Origin: Candidatus Omnitrophota bacterium
GTDB lineage: Bacteria > Omnitrophota > Omnitrophia > JAHJGZ01 > JAFGJY01
Assembly (NCBI GenBank): GCA_016928875.1
Contig: JAFGJY010000019.1
Coordinates: forward strand, 1,996 to 65,995
Length of the DNA: 64,000 nucleotides
Direction: 5' to 3'
The number at the start of each line of letters is the position of its first letter. Positions within the stretch are counted from its first letter, which is position 1. The notes beneath the pieces were generated by a model that worked only from the letters and a program-made list of their open reading frames with translations, had not been told where the DNA came from and did no database searches. The position numbers and the translations under genes were made by a program. This document shows positions 56,334 to 64,000 of the stretch, piece by piece.

Positions 56334-58034
56334 TTAATTACCTTCCCCTATCGGCAGGCGTATCGTGAATGTCGTACCTTTTCCGACCTGGCTGTCTAAT
56401 AAGATCTGCCCGCCGTGATTGGCCACGATGTCCGAACTCACCGACAACCCAAGCCCGGTTCCTTTGCCCTCGCCCTTGGTCGTAAAGAGCGCCTGAAAGA
56501 TCTTTTGTTTAATATCGTCCGGTATCCCGTGGCCGGTATCCGTAAACAGCGTATCGACCCATTTCCCGTCCGTTAGCTTTGTCGTGATCGTGAGACTGCC
56601 GCCATGCTCGAGCATGGAATCCTTGGCATTGATGATCATATTGAGGAACACCTGCTGGATCTGGTTCGGATCGACCAAGACCTTAGGAATGTCCTCGCCC
56701 AAGTGCTTAATGACCTCGATCGCGTTCTTGCTCATGTGATAGCGCGCGACCTCAAGTGCCGCCTCCGCGATATCATTGACACTGTTTGGCGCGGTCTCCG
56801 CCTTTTTCTTGCGCGCCAAATGCAGGAGGTCCTTGGCGATCTTATGGCAACGCTGGCCTTCTTTGTTGATCACACCCGCGTATTTGATGTAATTTTTTAT
56901 ATTTTCCTCGGCAAGTTTGCCTGCCTCGAGGTTCTTGCCTATTAATTCAGAATAACTGATCACACTGGTGAGCGGGTTATTGATCTCATGCACGATCCCG
57001 CCCGCAAGCGCACCGAGGGCTGCGATCTTCTCTGCCTCAACTAACGCTGCTTGTCTGTTCTTGAGCTCTTCGTACGCCCGCTTAAGATCATCGAATAGTT
57101 GCGCGTTCGCTATTGCCAGCCCCACCTCACGCGAAACAACACTTAAGAGCTCCAGGTCCTCCTGCGTAAACGCCTTTGTAGCGCTCTTTGTATCTACGTT
57201 CAGGATCCCCAGGATCTCGTCTTTATGCTTGATCGGCACGCACATCGCGGAGCGGATCTGATGGAAGATGATACTTTCCGAGACCTGCATGTTCTTTTTG
57301 TCTTGCGCATCCGAAATGAGCAACGCCTCGCCGCGCTTTACTACCTGATCGATGATCGTGCGTGAGATCGCGATCTCGGCTGAGCTCTTTGATCCTGACT
57401 TGGTCTTATGGACCACCTGTGGCAGCGGCTCCTTCGTCTCTTTGTCAAGAAGCAGAATATAACCGCGGTCCGCTTTTGTGATGTCCAGTACCAGCGCGAG
57501 GATCTTATCGAGCACGGTCGGCATATCTTCGACCGTACCGATACTGTAATTTACCTTGTAGAGAATATTAAGGCGCTCATACGCGCTCGTGAGTTTTGCG
57601 GGATCGGCCTTCACCTCTTCGGCTGTGACCGGTTTTACCTGATCGGGCTTAACCGAAAATTGAACGGTAAGGCCGTCAAGTATCTGACCGGCTTCGCCGA
57701 TCGTGACCCGCGATATATTCTCTGCGCCCTCGGCCCGTTCAAGCGCTGAATCGGACATGAAGGTCAGACTGATCTTGCCCAGCCGTATCTCGTCGCCGAA
57801 CTTCAGGACTTTATGCGCGACCTTATCGTTATTGACGAATGTCCCGTTCGTGCTGCCAAGGTCTTCGATCATGTACCCGTCCGAGGTCCATGAAATGCGC
57901 GCGTGCGTACGCGAGACCTGCTGGTCTGGCACGACGATATTGTTCGACCCATCGCGGCCTATCGAGACTTCGGCTGCGCTTATCCTCAGTTCTTCGCCCG
58001 CTCGCTCTCCTGTATTGACTATCAACTTTGGCAT
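56334..58034 (-). CDS. FHA-GAF sensor histidine kinase
   Basis: FHA (IGR…VSRTHA…DLGSTNGT), GAF (SAMCVP), HEINNPL H-box, N/G1/G2 boxes (DTGHGI, GTGLGL). Confidence 0.92.
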   Translation of the reverse strand: MPKLIVNTGERAGEELRISAAEVSIGRDGSNNIVVPDQQVSRTHARISWTSDGYMIEDLGSTNGTFVNNDKVAHKVLKFGDEIRLGKISLTFMSDSALERAEGAENISRVTIGEAGQILDGLTVQFSVKPDQVKPVTAEEVKADPAKLTSAYERLNILYKVNYSIGTVEDMPTVLDKILALVLDITKADRGYILLLDKETKEPLPQVVHKTKSGSKSSAEIAISRTIIDQVVKRGEALLISDAQDKKNMQVSESIIFHQIRSAMCVPIKHKDEILGILNVDTKSATKAFTQEDLELLSVVSREVGLAIANAQLFDDLKRAYEELKNRQAALVEAEKIAALGALAGGIVHEINNPLTSVISYSELIGKNLEAGKLAEENIKNYIKYAGVINKEGQRCHKIAKDLLHLARKKKAETAPNSVNDIAEAALEVARYHMSKNAIEVIKHLGEDIPKVLVDPNQIQQVFLNMIINAKDSMLEHGGSLTITTKLTDGKWVDTLFTDTGHGIPDDIKQKIFQALFTTKGEGKGTGLGLSVSSDIVANHGGQILLDSQVGKGTTFTIRLPIGEGN

Positions 58035-58079
58035 CGTGTACTCCTTTGTGAAAATGTATCAAAACCCAAAACAAAATAA

Positions 58080-58230
58080 TTCTCCCCTTGAGGGGAGTGG
58101 CTCCGCAGGAGCCGACCTTGTCCCGTTGGATTCCACCGCCTGTGGCGGGGTCCCTTTGCGGGAGGGGTGTTGCGTACCTATTCTCAACATCCCCCTGCGA
58201 CTTCGTCGCTTCCCCCTTCAAAGGGGGACT
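58080..58230. repeat. Palindromic 'CTCCCC…AAGGGGGA' intergenic repeat with nested inserts
   Basis: tctccccttgaggggagtggctccgcaggagccg…catccccctgcgacttcgtcgcttcccccttcaaaggggga. Confidence 0.7.
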
Positions 58231-58286
58231 CCCTCTACTACAAAACCAATTATTTGTTTAAAAAAACGGATAATAAAACATCTACG

Positions 58287-59606
58287 TCAGCCCAGCCGCT
58301 CCTGGGCCTCTGCCCTGAGCCGTCCGGTATCATCATACTTAACTACGCTTTGCCATGCCTTGCGTGCATCGGCCGTCTTGCCTTTCTTCTCCAGCGCGAG
58401 CGCCAGCTCTCGATAGTATGGCGCATGATCAGGACGCAGCATGATCGCTTTTTTGAGCGCGTATATCGCCTGATCGACCTCACCGATACTCATAAGTTTC
58501 TCTGCCTGCGAAACCTTCTCCTCAGCCTGCTCGAGGACCTTAAGATGACGCTCAACTTCTCCCATGAGATCTTTTTCGCCCAAGATCATCGATTTTGCCT
58601 TCTCAATGTACTCCTCACTGTACAATCTGATCTCATCTTTGTATTTCGGCACAAAGTACACTGCAAGCGCCCCTATCACCGCGATCACAATGAGCCCCAT
58701 CGGAAACCTCTTGGTGCCAGGCACGGTGTCAGGCACGGTGCCAGGCACCACTCTGGTCGCACCCTGCATGATCACCGTTGCGGATTCCTTGTTCTCAGGC
58801 GCCTTGGCAACGAATGCTTTAATGTCACTTATAAGATCGTCCGCGCGCTGATACCGCTCACCGAGATTCTTTGCCATTGCCTTTAACGTAATACGCTCTA
58901 CTTCAGGCGGGATTCCCTTTACGAATGTACTCATCGGCGGCGGCGCCTCTTGTTTATGTTTCTGGAAGATCGCCTGAAATGACTCGCCCTGGAACGGCGT
59001 CCGTCCGGTAAGCATTTCATACATGGTTACCCCAAGCGCGTAAATGTCAGTACGCGAATCAACCTGATCCCCATCGATCTGTTCCGGGGACATGTACTCC
59101 GGTGTCCCCATTGATGACCCCGTTGCAGTTAATTTGGTCACACCCGGCAATTTTACAAGACCGAAATCCATGACCTTAACCACGCCTTGGTTCGTGATCA
59201 TGATGTTCGCCGGCTTGATATCACGGTGATACATGAGTTCTTTATGCGCATAGGCCAGCACATCTGCAACCTGCACAATGATCGATAATGTTTGGTCAAC
59301 TGAGAAACGGCCCTTGTTCTTTATAAGGGTCTTCAGATTATCACCCTCGACATATTCCATGGCGATGTAATGGCTCCCGCCGCTTGCGCCGACCTCATAG
59401 ACCTCGATGATGTTCGGATGTTTAAGCCGCTGCACTGCTGCAGCCTCACGATTGAAACGCCCGACCATGCTTGGATCGACCATCGTCTGCAAGAGCACCT
59501 TGATCGCCGCGACCTTACCTGCCGCATTGACCCCTTTGTAGACGACCGCCATGCCGCCTTTGCCGATCTCCCGTTGAATTTTAAATTTACCGATCTCTTT
59601 TTCCAT
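58287..59606 (-). CDS. Hanks-type Ser/Thr protein kinase with TM segment and C-terminal TPR
   Basis: IGKGGMAVVY, AIK, HRDIKPAN, DFG, GTPEYMSPEQ, DIYALG. Confidence 0.93.
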   Translation of the reverse strand: MEKEIGKFKIQREIGKGGMAVVYKGVNAAGKVAAIKVLLQTMVDPSMVGRFNREAAAVQRLKHPNIIEVYEVGASGGSHYIAMEYVEGDNLKTLIKNKGRFSVDQTLSIIVQVADVLAYAHKELMYHRDIKPANIMITNQGVVKVMDFGLVKLPGVTKLTATGSSMGTPEYMSPEQIDGDQVDSRTDIYALGVTMYEMLTGRTPFQGESFQAIFQKHKQEAPPPMSTFVKGIPPEVERITLKAMAKNLGERYQRADDLISDIKAFVAKAPENKESATVIMQGATRVVPGTVPDTVPGTKRFPMGLIVIAVIGALAVYFVPKYKDEIRLYSEEYIEKAKSMILGEKDLMGEVERHLKVLEQAEEKVSQAEKLMSIGEVDQAIYALKKAIMLRPDHAPYYRELALALEKKGKTADARKAWQSVVKYDDTGRLRAEAQERLG

Positions 59607-59635
59607 ATTGTTCTCCTAATGGCTTCTCCTCTTTA

Positions 59636-59707
59636 TGTCATCCCCGCGGACGCGGGGATCTCAGTTCTTAGATCCCGGCTCTTCGCTATGCTTCGGCCGG
59701 GACGACC
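59636..59707. repeat. Palindromic RPE4/REP-like repeat
   Basis: tgtcatccccgcggacgcggggatc…gatcccggctcttcgctatgcttcggccgggacgac. Confidence 0.75.
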
Positions 59708-59760
59708 TTAAAAGGGCATTACCCAACCGCGTAGGTTGATTTTAACACCAATTGTTATGT

Positions 59761-60873
59761 TCAATCTGTCGAATGCCCTTTCCACGACACGACCTCAATA
59801 TGATCAGGCCCTGAATCTCCCCCGGTGAAATTATACGGCCGAAGTGTCGGGTCATAATTGATGGTAAAATCCGTAAGCATCTCCGGCACAGGATCCAAAT
59901 AAATGTTCTGGCGCGCAACCACCGCCCCGTTGATCACTATGTTTTGCACACTATCAAAATATATATTCCCGCGAGCATACACAAGTCCGTTAATGCGAAC
60001 GTCACTTAGCGGTCCCGTCAATAAATGATTGAATTGGATATTGCCGCCCGCCACCAAAGCCGGATAATCATTTGTAGACCGATCCGCGTACAGGGTAAAT
60101 CCATCGGCATCGGTATGAATATAGATATCACCGGTCGCAACAATAAAACCCGTAATGCTCACATTCTGCGCGTTAATATACACATCACCATCAACGAAAT
60201 AACTTTGTTCGTCTTCCATGTAATCAGTACTAAGGACATAGTCGCCCATGTGGGTAACGCTTGCATGCGATTGATAGGCAAGCGTCAGGTTCCCGCTCCC
60301 CGCGACATCAGGGATCTTGAGAATCCCTTCTGACGGAAGGCCGAATGACTCTATCGTACCAACAAGCGAAAGGTCGGACGCATATGCTAAGTTCGGCGAA
60401 TACTGATAATATGCACGCACATTACCATTGATCGTGCCCGTTATTTGTGTCACTGTCCCCGAATAATCAATGCTGCGTCCGGCGAGTATCGCACTGGTAA
60501 ACCCGCTGTTATTCAAGACCGCTTCAAGCGATTTGCGATACATCGTATCGCCCGCGACCTCCACTAAACACGTGTGATCGCTCGCGGTATAACTAATACG
60601 ATAATCATTTGCAGAATCATTATTAATGTCGCAATAAAGATACCCCACAGGAGAATCCAAACTATTTGCACCTAATAATTCCAAGTAAGCCATCATGTGA
60701 TAAAGGCCTGCCTGAGCATCATATTGTCGCTTGAGCATGAGATAGTGGCTATCGGCGATCTTTGTATCAAGACGCATCGCGCCCAAATAGGTAACACCGA
60801 CAGTTATTATCAGCATACCGATACCGAGCGCTATTATATAAACGATCCCTGAATTTTGCGTGGTCCGCAACAT
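59761..60873 (-). CDS. PilX/GspK-like minor pilin with C-terminal beta-solenoid
   Basis: QNSG-IVYIIAL prepilin-like start, repeated G.I.A.G.I units, INYDP…VVSWK end. Confidence 0.65.
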   Translation of the reverse strand: MLRTTQNSGIVYIIALGIGMLIITVGVTYLGAMRLDTKIADSHYLMLKRQYDAQAGLYHMMAYLELLGANSLDSPVGYLYCDINNDSANDYRISYTASDHTCLVEVAGDTMYRKSLEAVLNNSGFTSAILAGRSIDYSGTVTQITGTINGNVRAYYQYSPNLAYASDLSLVGTIESFGLPSEGILKIPDVAGSGNLTLAYQSHASVTHMGDYVLSTDYMEDEQSYFVDGDVYINAQNVSITGFIVATGDIYIHTDADGFTLYADRSTNDYPALVAGGNIQFNHLLTGPLSDVRINGLVYARGNIYFDSVQNIVINGAVVARQNIYLDPVPEMLTDFTINYDPTLRPYNFTGGDSGPDHIEVVSWKGHSTD

Positions 60874-60888
60874 ATCACCCTTTGAGTA

Positions 60889-61440
60889 TCATACATTTCT
60901 CATACAAGCAGTGGCTATCAGTCTGACTTCATTCCCGAACTCATCTAATACGCCGAGCGTTACTTCCACGGCGACCACGGCATCATGTACTCCCATCGCA
61001 TTAGTAAGGCCACCCGTCGTGTTCTCTTTAAGCAATCGCGTCTGCAATACTGAAATACGAATGTCGCCCGGCCCAACGCCTGCGATAACTGTTGCGGGCT
61101 CGCCATTGATCGACCGCTCCAAAACGTCACCGTTTTTGTGATAGAGAATGACTTCTGCATGCCAATCATCATTGACGCGCGTGCGCGTATAAAATTCAAG
61201 TACGTCGGTCGGAGCGCCTTTTATCTTTGCCGCATACCGTAGGTCTCTTATTATTTTATCCATCGCAAGACGCGCATGCTGCAATGCTTCATTGTTGCTG
61301 AACGTTAAGCGGCTATTTGTAAGCGAGACTTGAAATGCCATAGCCACCGCAGAGATAATGACCGCGCTTACCGCTAATGACAATATAACCTCAAAAAGGG
61401 TAAATCCCGTCTTTGATGATCGCCGTATATGCATTATCAT
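60889..61440 (-). CDS. Prepilin-type minor pilin (PilW/GspJ-like)
   Basis: KTG-FTLFEVILSL; ARLAMDKIIRDLRYA. Confidence 0.8.
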   Translation of the reverse strand: MIMHIRRSSKTGFTLFEVILSLAVSAVIISAVAMAFQVSLTNSRLTFSNNEALQHARLAMDKIIRDLRYAAKIKGAPTDVLEFYTRTRVNDDWHAEVILYHKNGDVLERSINGEPATVIAGVGPGDIRISVLQTRLLKENTTGGLTNAMGVHDAVVAVEVTLGVLDEFGNEVRLIATACMRNV

Positions 61441-61485
61441 TGTGATCCCCCCCTCGCGCGGACAAATATAGCGATATGATCGTAA

Positions 61486-61875
61486 CTATTGACTATGGGG
61501 CAAAAACGTTTCTATCTCAACCTGATGTTTGATATCACCCGCGGGCCATGCTACAGTCACGACCACTCGTTTTAAGTACATTTCCAGTCCCGCCGGCACA
61601 TGCCCCGTGCCGATCTTTTCTACAACAGTATACATGTACTGGCTAAATTGAGCCTCAGGAAAAATGGCACTCCCGTTAACATGCTCATCTGCGGGAAGTG
61701 CGCTGATCTCTTCCAATTTCCGCTCAAGGAGAAATAGTGCAATAGAGCGTTCCTTATTGAGTCGTGAGAATTTCGTGCCGCATTGCATGAATGTGATGCC
61801 GGAAACAACTATAACCCCCATCACAAATAGCGCAGCTACCGCTTCGATCAACGTAAACGACCGTTTATTGAACAA
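61486..61875 (-). CDS. Prepilin-type minor pilin (PilV/GspI-like)
   Basis: KRS-FTLIEAVAAL; LKRVVVTVAW. Confidence 0.8.
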   Translation of the reverse strand: MFNKRSFTLIEAVAALFVMGVIVVSGITFMQCGTKFSRLNKERSIALFLLERKLEEISALPADEHVNGSAIFPEAQFSQYMYTVVEKIGTGHVPAGLEMYLKRVVVTVAWPAGDIKHQVEIETFLPHSQ

Positions 61876-61894
61876 AATTCCTCCTTACCGTATA

Positions 61895-62407
61895 TTATGC
61901 TGCAGTCACGGTGATCCTGCCGGATATCGGTTCAACCGTCACGTCATATGCTATCCCTGAAGCAGATTCGTGAACAAGCCGTACCGTACCGCCTTCATTC
62001 GGCTCGCCGAACTCATTAAAACGTATGCTGGGCATAGGGAGCGAATCCCACACGATAATTCTGGAGAATGTTATCGGCCCGAACTCCACATTGTCCGGCA
62101 GATGCTCAAATCCTCTGTTCGGGAACGTTCCGTCGGCATTAATATCAGTATCGCTATCGCTATAATGGAATGAATATTGATGTGGAATCTCCGAGTTGTC
62201 GAAGCGTAATGCCCACATTTTCCCTTCAGCGATTGCCCGCTGCTGCACGTCCCATAATAGATATTTCAGCTCCATCGCCGCATTCTTAACGTCATTCTTC
62301 GGAACGTTCTGTATGATCTTAGGCACAATAATACTGGCAGAAACAGCGATTATCATGATCGCCATGATGAGCTCTAAGATAGTAAACCCTTGCCTATGTC
62401 GTGCCAT
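61895..62407 (-). CDS. Prepilin-type minor pilin (FimT/GspH-like)
   Basis: RQG-FTILELIMAI; IRFNEFGEP…VTVEPISGRI; ATG at 62407 preferred. Confidence 0.8.
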   Translation of the reverse strand: MARHRQGFTILELIMAIMIIAVSASIIVPKIIQNVPKNDVKNAAMELKYLLWDVQQRAIAEGKMWALRFDNSEIPHQYSFHYSDSDTDINADGTFPNRGFEHLPDNVEFGPITFSRIIVWDSLPMPSIRFNEFGEPNEGGTVRLVHESASGIAYDVTVEPISGRITVTAA

Positions 62408-62432
62408 GTTACGAGAATAATTCAAAATTGGA

Positions 62433-62876
62433 TTACCATTGATCATACGTAGTCGTACCATCGGCTGTCGGTGCGGCGCTGTTAACATAAATATCATATT
62501 CGGTAGGTGAAACATAATAATACCACCACCCACCGTTGTTACCAGAAGGCATCGCACCACCCATCACTATTGCATTCGACACTGGATTGGTCGCATTGAT
62601 CACACGCGCATCGGGAATACTTCTCATCATCGTTAGCAACGCTGTTTCAAGCGTAGGCCCGGTAATAGGCAACACATTAGCATCATCAGACATATACATC
62701 TGCAACGCTGATCTCAGATTTTCTAAATTCGCTCTTGTTGCTGCGTCATCAGCCTTTGTTTTCTGGCTTGAGAATTTCGGCATGATGATGGCCGCCAGCA
62801 CACCGATGATCGCGATGACCATCACAAGCTCGACCAGCGTGAAGCCTTTCCTTTTCCGAACGAACACCTTGAACAT
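62433..62876 (-). CDS. Major pilin/pseudopilin (PilA/GspG-like)
   Basis: RKG-FTLVELVMVIAIIGVLAAIIMP; ATRANLENLRSALQMY. Confidence 0.88.
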   Translation of the reverse strand: MFKVFVRKRKGFTLVELVMVIAIIGVLAAIIMPKFSSQKTKADDAATRANLENLRSALQMYMSDDANVLPITGPTLETALLTMMRSIPDARVINATNPVSNAIVMGGAMPSGNNGGWWYYYVSPTEYDIYVNSAAPTADGTTTYDQW

Positions 62877-62919
62877 AATCCCTCCTTTGTGATATTAGTT
62901 GTAGTGTAGTAATACGTAA

Positions 62920-64000
62920 TCATCCCATGCTTTGCATGATATCCGTAAGCGGCATAAAGATCGATACCGCGATAAACCCAACGATGATAGTCATAAAAAT
63001 GATCAAGACCGGTTCGATGATCTTGGTAAAGTTCTTGATCATATTGTCGACTTCACGTGTGTAATAGCTCGCTACTTTCGCAAGCATCTTATCGAGCTCC
63101 CCTGTCTCTTCACCTACGTTGATCATATTGACCACCATCTGCGGAAAAAGTTTACTCTCATCAAGCGGCTGCGAGATCGAACGGCCTTCTTTGACGCGCA
63201 CTGAAACGTCCTTGAGCACTTTTACGACCAACGTATTGTCGATCGTGTCCATCGCGACCTCAAGGGCCACAAGGATCGTAATGCCGCTGCTGACAAGTAT
63301 CGATAGTGTTTGCGCGAATTGTGAGACGATGGATTTAGTCACGACCATACCTATGACAGGAATCTTAAGAATAAAACGATCATACACTATACGACCTGGT
63401 TTTGTGTTGTGAACCAGCTTAAGAAAGAAAACAATGGCGCTTACGGCTATCAAGACCAAGTACCATTTCTCTCGTAAGAAGGTGCTTACATTAAGCAAGA
63501 ATTGTGTCGGTCCGGGGATCGGTGTCCCCAGGTCTTCGAAGACCAGCATGAATTTGGGCAACACAAAGGTTACCAGGAAGAACGCCACTCCGATACACGC
63601 TGTTAGCAGTATCGCCGGGTAACTGAGCGCGGATCTGATATTCGATTGGACTTCAGCCTGTTTCTCAAGATATTCCGCAAGCCGCCTGACCATTTCATCC
63701 AGCACCCCTCCAACTTCACCCGCAGCGGCCATCTGAACGTAAAGCCGCGAGAAATAGTGCGGATGCTCCCGCAATGCTTCTGAAAACGATGCGCCTTCTT
63801 CGATCCTGCGGATCATGGTCTGCACGATCGACTTCCATTTTTTATCCTCCATCTGTGTCTCAAGGGTTTTGAGCGCATTGATAAGCGGCAAGCCCGCATC
63901 GAGCATGGTGTAAAGTTGCCAGCTAAAGACTGAGACCTCGGTCAGTTTCGCCTTTTTAGGGCCAAAGAGCGGAATATCAAAGAGGGACTTTTTCGATGAT
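62920..64000 (-). CDS. pilC: Type IV pilus/T2SS inner-membrane platform protein PilC/GspF (5' end outside the window)
   Basis: FSWQLYTMLDAGLP, AGEVGGVLD, ALSYP, GEETGELD, IEP. Confidence 0.92.
   Translation of the reverse strand, partial: SSKKSLFDIPLFGPKKAKLTEVSVFSWQLYTMLDAGLPLINALKTLETQMEDKKWKSIVQTMIRRIEEGASFSEALREHPHYFSRLYVQMAAAGEVGGVLDEMVRRLAEYLEKQAEVQSNIRSALSYPAILLTACIGVAFFLVTFVLPKFMLVFEDLGTPIPGPTQFLLNVSTFLREKWYLVLIAVSAIVFFLKLVHNTKPGRIVYDRFILKIPVIGMVVTKSIVSQFAQTLSILVSSGITILVALEVAMDTIDNTLVVKVLKDVSVRVKEGRSISQPLDESKLFPQMVVNMINVGEETGELDKMLAKVASYYTREVDNMIKNFTKIIEPVLIIFMTIIVGFIAVSIFMPLTDIMQSMG

Noticed and set aside
46200-60000. CRISPR array
   Set aside because: Repeats are dispersed palindromes without regular repeat-spacer periodicity, and no cas genes are present

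Overview
Bacterial chromosomal window; gene content and repeat families are compatible with a PVC-superphylum or Ca. Omnitrophota-like anaerobe, but that is inference only. From left to right: a fused PabB/PabC gene on the + strand, then a Xer/dif-like 28-bp site (1935-1962) where gene orientation flips. A ~44-kb accessory region (2-46 kb, almost all on the - strand) is dominated by two nested RiPP-type (ribosomal peptide modification) systems. System A is an expanded SynChlorMet-like cassette: ScmE/ScmF-like radical SAM/SPASM enzymes, an S26 peptidase, PqqD, an ABC exporter, a nucleotidyltransferase, 3 intact + 1 decayed ScmC/HprK-like proteins, and five intact plus one unannotated frameshifted CxxG-repeat precursor peptides, the intact ones with candidate promoters of their own. 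System B is a ~22.6-kb cassette bracketed by a 107-bp diverged direct repeat. It has one different precursor (…KPEITRVKLNPEQAVLA-C…) plus six radical SAM enzymes, five U32-type Fe-S proteins (UbiU- and UbiV-like), two QueG/RdhA-like Fe-S proteins, a UPF0489 peptide-arginase-like protein, PqqD, an S26 peptidase, an ABC exporter and a glycosyltransferase. To my knowledge this is an uncharacterised, probably anaerobic, peptide-maturation pathway. A glycan export/modification block (wzm/wzt, GT2s) is also embedded. The region ends at tRNA-Asp and tRNA-Val plus a tRNA-Val copy broken by small palindromic inserts. The right third holds moxR-DUF58-BatD-like genes and a type IV pilus/T2SS operon interleaved with Ser/Thr and His kinase signalling genes, with many small palindromic repeats.
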